DNA of 62,344 bases, counting the filler, from Chiloscyllium plagiosum (lineage: Eukaryota), in the NCBI RefSeq assembly GCF_004010195.1. It is 4 parts of one record of this genome, joined end to end, with 100 filler letters (N's around TTAATTAATTAA, not from the genome) between each part and the next. Parts side by side here need not be neighbours in the genome. Positions count along the whole stretch, not along the records: positions 21,922 to 42,974 come from NC_057714.1; 3 more parts are not named here. The stretch is one strand, 5' to 3'. Shown piece after piece: positions 22,849-37,341 of this stretch. The number at the start of each line of letters is the position of its first letter. Positions within the stretch are counted from its first letter, which is position 1. A program made the translations under genes and the position numbers. The notes under the pieces are model-generated. The model was given only the letters and a program-made list of their open reading frames with translations, searched no databases and was not told the DNA's origin.

Positions 22849-25266
22849 AAAGGCTGAAGATCCTGTTCCTGTGCTGTACTGTTCTATGTTGCTGAGACTG
22901 GTAGCTTGATGATGATATAATGCAGATGGTTTAAATGGTTTTTATCTATTTTATTGTGAGAATTTGGAAGTTTCCATTAAAATTCAGTAAGTAGTTACTC
23001 AGGAAAAGTTAGATTATTAAACACCCAGTCTAACACATTTGTAACTACTAACCCAACCCCTGTTCTCATATATTCTCAATTACACCTCCCCGAGCCTGAC
23101 ACAACATTGCCTTGCTCCCCTCCCCCCGCTCCTTCCCCCACCAATGGTTGTGAAAGCAGCCCCCTTCCTGCACCGCTCAGGTACCAACCACCCCTGCCTC
23201 CAACCAACACACCCCCTCTCCCCCAGCCTTCTCCCATGCCCTGTGCTGGCCCTGACTCCTCTTCCCCATTTTGGACCTGGCCCCAACTTCCTCCACTCTT
23301 TGACCTGATTCCCCCTCCCCCATCCCACCCATTCCAGAGTGGACAACCTTTCCTACTGCCACTTGCTAGTCCCTGAGCCAGTCCATGACCTGAAGCCACC
23401 ACTAGTAACTCCACACCCTGGAGACTTGGCATCCTCCCCATCCCATCCCCCACCCCTGTTGAACCTGATATCTCCCACATTTCCAGACCTACACTGAATA
23501 CTCCATCACTTACCTGATTCCATTGCTACCTTGCACCATGGCACTCTCCCCACTTAGTGCCTTACCTACCTGACAATCCACCTAGAATCCTACCATCACA
23601 TCATCCTAACCTTGCAGTTAGCTTAATTCTTTGGCAGCAGCTATCAAAGAGCTGCCCATGATTCAGGACTTTAACATTTCAGAATTCAGCAGCTGACTGC
23701 TTTGAGAAAGGGGGTGTGATTCACCTTCCCCTGGCTCTTCTACGTTGTGAGAGAACCTGTCTGAATGAAAGCACACCTCTGTATTTCTGAAGGAGCCCTG
23801 ATTGGAAATTCCTGTCAGAAATGTGGAGCTCTTTTTTCTATCAAAATGAAAGAACAAAAAATTTGGACCCAAAGTTTCAGTGGATAATTGAACAAATACT
23901 TGCATAAATGTGTGGCATACACCCCATTGGACAATTAATCACCTCAGTCTATATTGTTAAGTATGTCTCTACATCCTTTCCCCATGTATTGTTCCAGCTA
24001 TTTTTCAAAGCAGTCCAGTGTTTTCTATCTTCCCAATAATTTTACATATCTATATCAGAGTGAGATGAATATATCTAATCACTTATCTTGCCTGGAAATC
24101 TTCATTTTAAATCCCTATCTTCTTTTTTAAAATTTGTAGTTAATGGTATGTTAATATATCTTCCTGAATTTTAATGTGCCAATCCATCTTCTTTTTACTA
24201 AAGATGGAGTAGAAGTTTGATGTTCTACTTTCAGAGATCTATGTCCAGGAAGCATTCTTTCATTTGAGCCTATATCAATGTCTGCTGAGAGACAGGATGT
24301 CATAAGTTGCATATAGCATTCCAAATATGGTCCACACAAAATCTTGTTTTGATTTTTTTAGTCGGTTCAGCTTCAGATGTATCCTAGGGTTCCACCTGAA
24401 ATGTTGACTTCTCCATCTCCTGACACTGTCTGGCTTGCTGTGTTCTTTCTGCCTGCTGCTTGTCAACCTTGGATTCCAGCATCTGCACTTTTTTTGTCTC
24501 CTATCATTTGGTTGTCATGTATGTTTTCAAAACTTCAAAGAAGTTGTGACATAAGGTGGCTGAGAAGCATGTACAACCCTCGTTTTGCAAAGATACGTGA
24601 AGAGCTTTACCACCCAATAATGAAAGGATTGGTAGCATTGCATAATGCAGATTGCTTAACTTCTAGGCATTGTGCCAAATATTACATGATGGAAAAATAA
24701 TTCTCAATATTAATATAACCACGAATGACAACACAGGAGCTTCCTCAGTACATTAAGAAATACCCATGAAGCAATGTGTTACCTAAAGGCTGGTTTTGTT
24801 GTTTGATGGTGGTCTCTATTTGGGATTGTTGCTGTATAAGTCCGATTTGCTTCCTTAGGCTTGGATTCCTTCTTAACATAAAGTATGATACCCGTGGATT
24901 CCTACAATTAAGAGCTGGTTTACCTAGGCTGAAAAGTTGTTTTCAAGGGGAAACAAAAATAGATCAAATTATAAATAGACTATTCCGGAGCAAACCTTTT
25001 TTTTCACACATAGGACAGAATTCCATAGGTTGGCATATGGATTGGTGCTGTAAAGCAGGTAATAATGCCATGTGCTCTTCTCCTAGTGGTACCCACCCTG
25101 GACGCCACCATCATATTATACGCAGCCGAGGTGGCATCGAGCTGTCCCCTCACCTTTAGGTATATTCAGGCCTTTAAGTGGCCAACCAATGGTTACTTAA
25201 GGGTCACTTCCCACTTGCAGTAATTCTTCCTGCAGTAGGTGGGGGCTGGAGCCATGTTTGAAATTT

Positions 25267-25406
25267 CAGTCGAGAGTGTGGTGCTGGAAAAGCACCACGG
25301 GTCAGGCAGGATTTGAGGAGCGGGAAAATTGATGTTTCGGTCAAAAACTGTGCTTTTCCAGCACCACATTCTCGACTCCAGCATCTGCAGTCCTCACTTT
25401 CACCAA
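25267..25406. mobile_element. Fold-back Penelope-like insertion (family B), centre deleted
   Basis: agtcgagagtgtggtgctggaaaagcac / gtgcttttccagcaccacattctcgact inverted arms, tail on the right, and a perfect 11-bp duplication gtttgaaattt at 25256-25266 and 25407-25417. Confidence 0.85.
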
Positions 25407-25969
25407 GTTTGAAATTTGGCAGGTCCCCCGCCTTGGTGTATTAGTTAGAAGTTGGGGACGAGTTACCTTCTTTATTATTTATCTAGGTCCATTGAATGTT
25501 CTCCTAAAATCTGTTTCCAAAGGAATTTTTCCTATGTCCTTGGCCCCGTCATAACAGCCTCCAATACTTCTTATCAATCTTACCCAGGAAGCTTAACCTG
25601 CACTTTTGAGAGTTTTCAACTTACCTCTCCATCTGGCTTCATCAAAGTTCTGGAGGTGCCTGCTGTAGTTCGAGTAGTAGCCACCATTCCAAGGGGCACT
25701 GCTGAGACCAGAGAGTTAACAACCATTTGATTGGCTGGCAGCTTTCAGAGACAGGAATTCCTATGTGAAAGAGGCCTGTGGTCTTGCCTTGAGCTGAATA
25801 CTATTCCTCTAAGCACAGTTTCTCTAGCAATGTCCCACCAGTACAGAATCCTGGTGAATTGTTAAATCCTGCCCAAAGCACAGTGATAATCTGGAAGCAT
25901 AAAAGATCAATGAAAAGTGGAGATATTTTTATTCAGTACAGTTAATAAAAGATATAAAACAAATTATAT

Positions 25970-26197
25970 TATAGTAACTGGAATGACTTGAGCCAGGTGG
26001 ATCTCAATGGCTATGAGTTTTCTGATTGCGGGGCTGTTAACCTGGGTAAATCAGGCTGACAGATATAAACAGGAGTCTCAGGAATTCTCCTCACCCCAGG
26101 GACTGGCTCCGATCTAGCTAGTCAGAATCCATGTAGGTGCACATGCCAGTAAAGGGTGACTTGGTGATGGAATACCAACATTAGTGGAGTTATTTCA
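25970..26197 (+). mobile_element. Probable solo LTR
   Basis: About 228 bp ending ...gttatttCA, with TATA-like gatataaa, a polyA-like agtaaa, and flanks tatat / gatat (5-bp duplication, 1 mismatch). Confidence 0.5.
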
Positions 26198-26424
26198 GAT
26201 ATAGAAAAAATGCAGAGGAGAGAATATAGTTGAATGATAGAACAAGTTGGAGGTTGAATAGCCTACTCATGTTTCTCAACAACATTTTTGTTGTTTAATC
26301 CGTCTCCCACCCTATTACAGGCTTCCCTTTCATTATGTTCTCCACTGTCCACTTGCTTAAAACTTATCAGTGCAAAAGATGAGACTGAATCATTTTCCAT
26401 AACCTTCTTCCAGAAGTGCTGAGA

Positions 26425-26800
26425 GGATGATCCACCTCAGCCTCTCCAGAAGGTCCTCACCATCACAGAAGCCCATCTTTAGTCAATTGAATTCACCTCA
26501 TATCATATCAAGAATTGGTTGAAAGTACTGAATATTGCAAAGGCTGTTGCACCTTCCAAATCTGCAAACTACATTTTAGTTCCTTTCAAGCAACTCACCA
26601 TCTCACTTGGAAATACATCACTGTTTCTTCAGTGATGGGCAAAATCCAGGAACACCCTCCTTAGTAGTGATGTGGCAGTACCTATAGCAAAGTGGCAGTG
26701 GTTCAAGACAGCAGCTCAACATTATCTTCTCAAAAGTAATTAGGGATAGGAAATAGATGCTGGCTTAGCCAGTGAAGCCCACACTTTCTGAGTAAATTAA
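26425..26800 (+). mobile_element. Deleted CR1/L2-group LINE fragment with 3' tail
   Basis: 3' end gcagtggttcaagacagcagctcaacattatcttctcaa...attagggataggaaatagatgctggcttagccagtga; related reversed sequence at about 10860-11010. Confidence 0.5.
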
Positions 26801-29800
26801 AATAACTACATTTCCAACTTCTCCTATTCTGATGAAAGTTCAGAGGCTTGAAACACAAACTCTGGGTCCATCACTGCAAATGCTGTCAGATCAGTTGTCC
26901 ATTTCCACCATTTTCTGTTTTTGTTCCAAGCAGTAGTAAGCCTCATTATTTTATTTCATCATATTTGGTGTTCAGTTGTGTTGGAATGGTGAAAGAAAAT
27001 CCAGCTCCAAATTTTGTGTCATTCTTCGTGAGGAACAACAAAACATCAGATTTACTAATCCTGTCAGTCAAACTTTTGAAACACATTGAATAAATTATTT
27101 TCTTAACACAGAACATTTCATGTGTGTATGCTTTATGTGTATATTGGTGAATATGTGCCATTTGTCCCTGTCCTTTGCATGAAGGAAGCGTGCATGGTAG
27201 GAACACACTGGATGACATGCAAATCAAAGTATGCATAATATTGAAAGGAAAGAAACCTACTTTTCTGGGAGCTGTTTAGAAGTGTTTTTTCAATAATTCT
27301 TGTAACAATAATGGTCATTTCTTGAAGATACTTTGAAGGCAGAGAAACTTGGGATGAAATGTATGTTAACTTCTGCTGATTATAACCACTCAAAATTATT
27401 TGATGCATAACAATACCTACCATGTTATAAAATTATTTTTCATGCTGAGGTAAATCAAATCAATCCTGACTTTATTTGATGCTTTCTCTTGGATTCAGGG
27501 AAGCTTGCCTTTCTGCCTCTTCCAGGGGCTATCTGTCACTTATGAAAGTCAATTAATCAAATGTGAATATTGTTCATTGAGAACAATTTCTATGAATTTC
27601 CAGACTAACTCATCAACAATACAAATACATAAGGTCAGATGTACAGTCTTTCCCCCAACTTTGGGAGGTCTGGTTTAAAAAAATGTCTTTGGGAATTTGA
27701 CCTTGCTTGGCAACAACAGACACCCAGTGAAGAAAAGCAATAAAATGTTGTCATGCAAACCACAAAGAGGAAGTAATAAATCCATGAAATTTACCACTGG
27801 TCTTATTGTGATTAGCTTGTTCCAGTTCAGTTAGAAAGAACAAGGCAAAAGGAAAATTTTTCCCTTCTCAGAAAGGAATAAAAAAGGTAAGCCTTATAAA
27901 ATTGTACACACTGTTCCAGAATAGCTTTTTCTGTAAGTAAAAGTCTATGACAACAGGAATCACCAGAAAAGCATTGGCTGAGAAAGATAACATGCCTGAA
28001 TGATTTGTCCTTCTAAAGAGGAATGCCTAATAGAAATGGACCAATAAAATATAAGACGTAGGTGTGAGCTACATCTTTTTGTCTCAATGTAGAAATTGAT
28101 TCTAGGCACATGCTGGCTTTATAAGGGTAAGGGGCAAGGGGAGAAAAAGTTTGCTCACATCTCCAACCTTTTAACTCATTACTACTAATAAAAGGTTTTT
28201 ATTTTCGCTTTATTTACATGTGACCAAATCTATCTTTTGTCCTACATTTTGACAACTGTGAGAGATGTGAATTAACAAAGAAATGTAATGCATGTGATAT
28301 AGATGGTGTGTGGCACCTTGTTAGTTTTTCAGATGTAATATATGTTGTAAACTCATCAGGAAGTCTAGTTTAATATTTAATCACACATTTTTCAATTATG
28401 ATGCAAGTTTCTGAAACTTGAGTGTCAGGTCAGATTTATCCAAAGTTGCTCCATTGTATTTACTTTAATGTAACATTTCAAACATAAATATCCCCAGTTC
28501 AGAAATCAATGTTTGATAAAATAATATTTCTTTACAGAAACATCTTTTTGGGATGGTTGTATCACTTGGACACAACAAAGCATCAAAAGGAACAAGAGTA
28601 CTATACAGATCCAGTGGAAGCATCTGTAATGTAAAACTTCCTGAATCTTTCAGAGATGAGAGAGTGAAATCAACAAAAGAAATTGGTCTGCCGTGGTGTT
28701 TAAAGGTACAGGTTGCAAAAGGTTAGCATGTTTCCTACTCACAATTTTATCATTCAACTGAAGGAGTTAAACAATATTAAATGGTGAAATGAGTGACAAT
28801 TCTTGAATGAATGCTAGCAGGTCTTCAATATTTGTAGGTGTCCTACATTGACTGCTCTAATGAAAAGTGTGACAAAGTTGCACAAGCAGCTGCACAGCAG
28901 GCAGAGGTAAAGGTACAATTGGGCTCTCAAGAGCCAACAGAATGTACATCAAGCAGTGTTCTTTGTGACAACGCCATGCATTTGGAATAGTATTCCTGTT
29001 ATAGCAACTTCATAGTTAGTATTATTTGTGGATTTAAGTTTGAGGGGATGTGGGTACCTGGATTATTTTACTTTGAAGAGGTCAAGAAAAGGACAGTGGA
29101 ACTTTTCATTTTTACAAGATATTTCTTGAAAGTGGCATGTCTCATGACAACAGATTGTTTACTACAGACACCCAGCCTGGATTTACAGCTGGGTCAGGCA
29201 GCAGCTTTTCCCTGGAGATTATTTGGATTTTCAAGTTGGTGGCCAACTACTAGAAGGAATGACCTTCCCAGCTGAGCTCTCCTGTTTCTGAGAAATTGAA
29301 GTCCAGAGTGATGCATAGAGCCCTGGTCTCGTCTGAACTCTGATTACCTTGTTGAAATCAGAGTTCAGAATCTTGAGGCTGTGTTTTTCTAAGTAATCCA
29401 TATTGGCAAAGATTCAAGAGGCATTTGTTTGTGTTTGGTGACACCTATCCACACCTTATTTTCTCTTTAGACTTCCCCCCACCCCCAAAGAAGAATCACT
29501 GCTGAAAGATATTACTCTGTCTCTGAGTGTGATTAATTAGGCTATATATGTGTTATTCAAGTGTGAAAACCAATTTTACACCCTCACTGAATAACCTTTA
29601 TAATAAAACAAATTTTTGGTGTTTATTAGAGAAACCCAATTGATGGATTTTTTTCAGGAGAAAGCATACAATTGGCTTTATCAGGAACTGGGTAAAACAC
29701 ATGCAGCCAGATCATTTATGAATTGTTGATAACATTACTTTTCATTTATCTCAAGCAAAGACTAACTTGACCAATTGTCAGGGCTCCCTTCAATACCAAA

Positions 29801-32559
29801 TGAGGCCTATCTCCCATGTCACTTTATTTAAGGTTTAAAATGCATAATTTGGAAATCTCTGTATAGGGCAAGAACATTTTCTTTCCAGGATTTTGGTAGG
29901 TCTATATTCTCCAGAATGTAGCAATTGTAACTCTTTTGGCTTTGTAAAAGCGCGTCTCCCTATGTAATCATATCCCTCAGGTGACATGATAGTCAGCTGA
30001 TTCTGAAATAGATTGATTACTTGGCAAGTATAATAGACAAATAGAAGTCTTTGCAATTCATATTAATTCAGGAAGTTCCTAGGAGTTCAAAACATGCTCA
30101 GTGATATTGCAAGATATGCTCAGGCCGGAATCAATCTGTTTTGTTACTCTTAATCTTATTCACAATCAAAGTTCTGCACAGCGTACTTGTGGGGGTGGGT
30201 GGGGACTTTCATATTGAATGTTGCTCAGTTTGTGGGTGGAAGATTTGAAGGTTGGAAGCTTGTTTAATGGAACTGATTGAAAGCCCAAGTCTTGCTCCAT
30301 GAGACTATTCATGATTAAAAATGTCGTCTTTAGAAGGGGAAAGTTGCTGAGGGGAAAGATCTGGTCTTTTGCTTGCTGGATAGGCATTTTATTGAGTGTG
30401 TGTTCATGCGTGTGTGTGTGTGGTGGAGAACAGGGTGGTTACTGCCATAACTGAAGGCCTTGATTTAATTGTGCACACCAATTAAGTACTTGGCCTGAAT
30501 TGTTAACTGTTTCTCTGTCCAAGATACAATCTGCTCAGTACTTGCAACAATTTATGTTCTTTTATTACTTACTCCATGGTGACAATGAAACAATTGTTCT
30601 GCTATAGCAACACATCTTGAAAGTGAAATATTATAAAAATATTGTCACCCGTCAGCTTTCATAATATAACAAAGGATCAGAAGTGAAATGTTGACTTTCG
30701 TAGCTTATGAATTTTGGGAATTACTAGAAACCTTAGACCTTGGAAAGTGGCTCATTCTGATGTACAGCTACTGAGCAAATGACCCATGGCAGAAACCCAG
30801 TTGGTAGTGGTGTCAGTTCATGAGAAATGAATGCCCATTGGAGGAAATCAGAGCCTGATGATGTTAAACACTGGTTTGAGAACAAAACACTCCAGCTTAC
30901 ACTTTATCTTAACTTCACATAATTGAACACATCTCACATTATCTAAAGGGATCATCTAGTTCATCACAAAATCTATTAACTGATATTTAGTTTGCCTTTT
31001 ACCAGGCTTCTCAGCTCTTGACTTCATTACAGCCTTGGAGCAAACATAAGTAAGAGAGTTGAACACATGAGGAGAGGGTAGTGAGGGACTCTCCTATATA
31101 TTGAGGTAGCATTTGACTGACCAAGAGATCTGAGCCAAACTGGAGATAACCAATAAAAAGGGGGAGCACCTATCCCTTGTAAGAGTCAGACCTTGCCAAA
31201 AGAAAAAATGGTAATTGTTGGAATTAAATTATCTCAGGTCCAGGTTCTCATCAAAGGTATTCCTCAGGACAGTGTCATCAGCCCAACCATCTTTAGCTGC
31301 TTCAGTTACCTTCATTATTGAGAAGGGAAGAAGAGAAGAATTGTTTTCTTTCAGAGGACTGATGGATTTTGGAATTAACATTCAAAACACAAACACATCA
31401 ACCACGATCTGATTGATTGCTAGAGCACACTCAAGGGGTTGAACAGTCTCCTATATCTGATGTTCATAACGTACTGACCAACCTCTGAAAAAGGTCATAA
31501 CCTCCAGACTGGGTCCATGGTAGGGAACCATCAAGGGCTTGATCTCGATCTATTCTAGAAAGCTTCTGCTTAAGCAAGGGAATCAACCTCAACCAATAAA
31601 ATATTCAATAACCGCATTTAATACAGAGAGCTTCAAAGTCATATGATCCACTGAAAGAAAAATCTCCTTACCTAAAAACGGAAATTCCTACTTGTAAAAC
31701 TGTGTCCGCTTAGTTCTGGACCCACTCTGGAAAACATGCTTTTTGCATTTGCCTTGTCAAGACTTTCAGACCTTGTACACTTCAATCATGTCACTCCTCA
31801 TTCTTCTAAACCCCAGTATGATGTCATGCCCCATGTGTTTTTCAGAATCCGACTTAGTTGCCTTACTTGCAAAACTGCTTGTATGAAAGTAAATGCCATC
31901 TAACCTTGCTGAGCTCCCTTGTGCCTTGGATGTATATGCTCTGCCTTCCAGTTTGACTTGGCTTTACTTCCATATTTGTTGGTGCATCACAAACTGTTGT
32001 ACTTCCACTCTGTATGCCATTCTCCTGCGAAGCTAGTTTAAATCCTCACCATCAGCTCAAACAACACCCTCTTCCCTCCCACAAGAATATTGGTTCTGTT
32101 GCAGTTGGGGTCTAATAGGTTGCACTTACATAGGTCCCATCTTTCCCAGAAAAGGACTCAGTCATCCAGGAATCTGATGCCCTTCCTCAGTCACATCTTC
32201 ATCTGCTCTGCCTTTTCTTCTAATCACTTGCATTTAGAATCTTGAGTAATCCAGTGATTACAAACTGTGACGTTCTGCTATCTAGTTCCCTAAATTCTTG
32301 TTGCTGGTCCTCATCCTTCATTTTACTTATGGTACCAATGCGAGATATAATCCCTGACTGTCCACTCTCCCCTTTCAGAATGCCCTGTAGCTGGTCAGTG
32401 ACACCCCTGACCCAGGACCCAGGCAAACAATACCAACCTGGAGCCACATCTGCTGGTGCAGTGGTTCAAAAAGGCAGCTCTCCACTGTCACCTGAACAGC
32501 AACGAAGGATAGGTAATAAATACTGAGCCATATGGCAAAGGCCACGTCCCTCAAAATCA

Positions 32560-33500
32560 AAAATGTCTCCCACCTCTGCAGGGCCAGGTTGTACAGCACA
32601 CAGCAGACTACCACAATATGTAAGACTCTCATCTGGCAGATTGAAGGATTTTGCTGGATTGATCCAAGCACCTGAATTATATCTTCAGATGTCTAATGAG
32701 TTGCTCGATGATCATATTGGCTATATTGTGTTCTGCATTGGACTGCTCCTTTGCATCAGTGTAAGGGCTCCTCATAGGTGTGAGCTGTTGTGTCTCTAGA
32801 TTTTTCCTCAAAATCCATAACTGAAGGCACACAGGGTGCTGAGAAAACTGGCAGCTGGGACTATGGGAGTGTGCAAGTGTCGCGCATGTTTCCCAGAAAC
32901 CATGAACACTAGTACAAACTGCATTTGGTTGCAGACCAACTGTACATTCATAGAAGGGCATCCCTTTCTATGGGAGGCTTAATGGCTAGACACATACAAA
33001 TCAACCACAGCTTGCATCTCAGGGAATCCAGTGATTGTATCAAAGTTAATGGACTACTCTGTTTAACTGTCCGGGTTGGCTCTGTGGCGCACAGCTTCTT
33101 ACCTTCTTGAACAGGCTACATGCATGATGCGCTGATTTACCAACAACTGGCAGATCCCAGAAATGCATGTAACCTGGTTCTCCGAAAGAGCTAGAAGTGG
33201 AGGAGGCAAGAGCCCTGGGTGATCTTCATTCCAATAGGAATGGATGCCAAACAAACCGACGGTTCTCAGTGGTGATTGGGTCCCGGGAGATCTGTTGTCT
33301 TCGCTGTCACTGCCATTGTGACATCTCGGGATTGATGATCTCCTGGAGAAATGTCCTCTTCTACATGCAGGAGGCTTGCCACTATCGTCCAGTGTGCACA
33401 CCCAGAGGTTGGCTGCTGGCTTGCTCTCAGGTAAAGCGCATGGCAGGTTACATAATCTCCAGGACCAGGGCCTTCTATCCAACTGGCCTCCCTCCACCAT
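32560..33500 (-). pseudogene. HARBI1-like PIF/Harbinger DDE transposase, decayed
   Basis: Ordered motifs across frames on the minus strand: PIGMKIT, CISGICQ, LICMCLAIKPP, HRKGCPSMNVQLVCN, LTPMRSPYTDAKEQSNAEHNIANMIIEQLIRHLKI*FRCLD and HIVVVCCVLYNLALQR. These parallel HARBI1-family NRKG.HS.NVQ.VC, YN.AH...R..IE...G.LK.RFRCLD and CC.LHN. Confidence 0.8.
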
Positions 33501-35794
33501 ACTCTTGAATTGTTTCTTTAGACCATGTGCCTTTTGTCACCCTGACAGCGCCCCCCTCCTTCAAAAGGTGGCACTGCACCGTGAATTATCTTCCCTGGCC
33601 CTGCTATCTGGCTCTCTGTAGTTGACGAGACAATCAGCACAGAGCTTCTCTTTACTTGCTGCCTTCCTTTTTCTGGGTACAGCTCTGCAGCCGCATGTTT
33701 CACCAGTAATATTGCAAAATGTTCCAATTAATTGGCCTTTAAAATATCTTAATTGCTCTCCTGCTATGTTGATATGCAAAGTCTACACTCTGAAATTGCT
33801 GCATCAGTAAAATCCAGAGGTAAAGATGTTGGACATCTGGCCAAACATGTTCCATTTGCATTTTATAGCCCTTTGCCAACTCTGACCATCTTCTAAGTTG
33901 CCCAGTAAAATTCTAGTCTTGGTTTCTATTAGATGAGAAACCTAAAACACACTGACATAAGTTGGCAGTGAACTAAATCCCATAATTTCATTTGTAGAAG
34001 GTCAACAGCTATCGTGAAAAACCTGATTATTGAAAAGTTATGATAGTCATTTGCAATGCAGTAATAGTTCCAGTCATGACATAATCACAGCATGCGATAC
34101 TTTAATATTGCCCTGTAGACTTATAAAAATCTTTCCATTTAGCAGTTTATTAAAGCACCTGTTAGATATCATTAGGTCCCCATCCAACTATAGTTTATGA
34201 ATTTTCCATTTATTGTTGAGAAAACTGATAAACATCTTTGCACTGATCTGGACTTAACAAACAGATTGTCTGAAAAAAACTCATTCTCCAAAACAGATAA
34301 CCTTTGAGGTTTCAAACTGTTTAAGAATAATATTGAAGAAAAAAAATATAGTGTTCTCTGGATAAGAATCTGTATATAGAGTAGAAAGGAGCACATCCTT
34401 TTTACGTCAGAAACTACCAGTTAATGTGCCTTTCACATCCTTAGTTTTCTGTGAAATTTCAGATTGCTGGCAAAGATTCATGGATACAATACCACAACTC
34501 CTCAGTGAGATGTGTGTCTGTCCTTTTATATCCTGATGGAACAGATGTAATTCCTGGCATAATGAAACCTTTGCCAATTCCTTTATAAATTCCTGCAAGG
34601 TCAACAGGAAATACATTCTTTCTAGTCTGCTTGAGTACATTCAAAAAATAATTCTGAGCATGACTTTACTGTGGGACTCAGGAAGACATTAACAGTTTCA
34701 TAAACATCAATGCATAGGTAATATTGTTAGGAAATGAGCAATAGCCTTTCAATGCCAAGTGTGAGTCATTTTATAGACTCTGAATAACTACTCTCTGATA
34801 TTTTACATTGTCCAAGGTGAGAATTAATAAATTAGAACTTCAATGGACAAAATTACAAATCATGACTTCTCTCCAACTGTTCCCCACCATCCCCATTCAT
34901 TAGATCAGCTTTTATTCTAAGTTTGAGGATGCCTTGATATCATACAGTTCCCTGTGAAAGGATAGGCAGGATATTCATTCTTAGGTCTATGCTCCTCTGT
35001 TTAAAATTGAGCAATGTGATTGGCCTCCAGTTAATTTACCCTCTTGCCTTTTAAGCAAGTGCATCATTTCTTAGAGAAAACAATTTCCATTTATAGCTCA
35101 TTGCATAAAGGAAAACATGGGGCATGAAATATACCACCATTTGGAGGGTAGAGCATATATGGATTTTCCAGAGGAAGATTATGCTGCCAGCTATTAAATA
35201 CATGATTTTCTGAGCATACCAGGCACTGTGCATCCTCTGTGTGTGCCTGAACACTTGGTGCTGTCTTAGGGCCAAACGTAACATCCAAAATTTAGACAGT
35301 GTGTGTGTCCTGGCAATATTTGTGTTGCACTCAAGCATGAAGTAGCAAGATTAGTCCTTTGGTAGTATTATTTAAAAGAACAGGCACTGTGGTTGCAGGT
35401 AGATGAATTGTTTGAGAGTTCGGCAAAGGGAAAGATTTTCTGCAGTCATTTTGGTAAATTATTGTATTTGCCTGAGTTTTCCTTCATCCTCAGAGATGCA
35501 AAAAGACATGGTGACCTGTGCATAGTAATTCCACACCATATCCCATATTCTTTGTGAAAATTCACTTACCAAATCTGTTTAAATCCTGTTGAAGCCACTT
35601 TGCATCTTCCTCATATTTCCCCCTAGCTTTGATTCATCTGCAGTCGGCAATATTTCGTTTGGTCTGCAAGACTGAATCGTTGACATGTATTTATTATAGA
35701 TAAATACTGTGGACAATGAAGTCCCAGGTATTGATCCTGCAGTATTCAACTAGTCAATACAGGAATGACCCATTCATTCCTACTGTTCTCCTAC

Positions 35795-37052
35795 TTTGTT
35801 TGGTCACTAGTGGGGTACCAGGGGGATCAGTGTTTGGACTCCAGCCACTCACAATATACATTTATGATTTAAAATGAAAGGTTTAGGGTGAGAGGGGAAA
35901 GATATAAAAGAGCCCTAAGGGGCAACTTTTTCACACAGAGTGTGGTATGTGTATGGAATGAGCTGCCAGAGGATGTGGTGGAGGCTGGTACAATTGCAAC
36001 ATTTAAGAGGCATTTGGATGGGTATATGAATAGGAAGGGTTTGGAGGGATATGGGCCAGGTGCTGGCAGGTGGGACTAGATTGGGTTGGGATATCTGGTC
36101 GGCATGGACGGGTTGGACCGAAGGGTCTGTTTCCATGCTGTACATCTCTATGACTCTATGACTCTAAATGTAATTTCTCCAAGTTTGCATGTGACCCAAA
36201 TGCTGGTAATCTGTGAGCAGGATGCTGAGGTACTTCAGAGTGATTTCGACAAGCTGTGTGAGTGGGCAAATGCATGGCAGATGACGAATAATGTGGATAA
36301 ATATGAGATTATTCACTTTCATAACAAAAACAGGAAGACGGATTATCTGAATGGCGATAGATTGGGAGAGGGCAGATACAACAAAATCTAAGTGTTCTAT
36401 CCACCAGTCACTGAAAGTAAGCAGGCAGTGAAGAGGCCAAATTGTATCTTGGCAAGAAAATTTGAGTACAAGGGCAAGGATGCCTTACTGAAAATGTACA
36501 GGTTCTTGGTGAGACCACTCCTGGAGGACTGTGTGCAGTTTTGGTTTCCTTATCTAAGGAAGGATGTTCTGGCTGTTCTGAAGGGAGTATAAGAAAGTTT
36601 AGCTTTCTGATTCCTGGGATGGAAGCGCTGACATATGAAGAGAAATGGGATTGGTTGGGGCTGTATTCACTGAAGATTAGAAAAATGAGGGAGTGATCTC
36701 ATAGAAACCTACAAAGTTCTAACAGGATTCAAGTGGGTAAATGCAGGAGGATGTTCCTGATGACTGGGGAGTCCAGAACCAGAGCATCAAAGTTTACGAG
36801 TACAAAGCAAATCATTTAGGGCTGGGATGAGGAGAATTTATTTCGCCCAAGAGTGGTGAGCCTGTGACAGAAAATTGTTGAGGCCATAACATTGAACATT
36901 GTAATTCTTAGGTCTATTGGCATCAAAGGATATGGGAAAAAAAGCAGGAAGAGATTTCTGAGTTGGATAGTCAATCATATCATACTACATAGCAGATAGG
37001 CTTGAGGGGTTCAATGGCTTGCTCCTGATCCTTTTTATATATTTCCATGTTT
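35795..37052 (+). mobile_element. CR1 LINE RT/3' part, with a younger HER1 3' end nested at 35878-36166
   Basis: GVPGGSVFG, LCEWANAWQM and LVRPLLEDCVQFWFPYLRKD remnants. The nested piece ends in a (gactctat)n tail. Confidence 0.85.
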
Positions 37053-37306
37053 CTGCTTGTTAACCAATCCAAAATACCAGCATATTATTAACTCATGTAC
37101 TTTCTTTTCTTTTCTAACAAACCCCTTGTGGGGATTTTCTTAAAAGCCTTCTGAAACCAAAAGTATACTATGTCCACTGACTCCCCTTTATCAATTCTTC
37201 TCTGAATAACAGTCATGAATCGGAGATGCCGGTTTTTGGACTGGGGTGTACAAAGTTAAAAATCACACAACACCAGGTTATAGTCCAACAGGTTTAATTG
37301 GAAGCA

Positions 37307-37341
37307 CACTAGCTTTCGGAGCGACGCTCCTTCATCAGGTG
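37307..37341 (-). ncRNA. Minimal type I hammerhead ribozyme motif (antisense copy)
   Basis: Exact reverse complement of 37574-37608. Confidence 0.75.

Noticed and set aside
23076..23480. Pro-rich and Gly-rich ORFs on both strands
   Set aside because: By-product of a C-rich low-complexity tract; no splice or family evidence.
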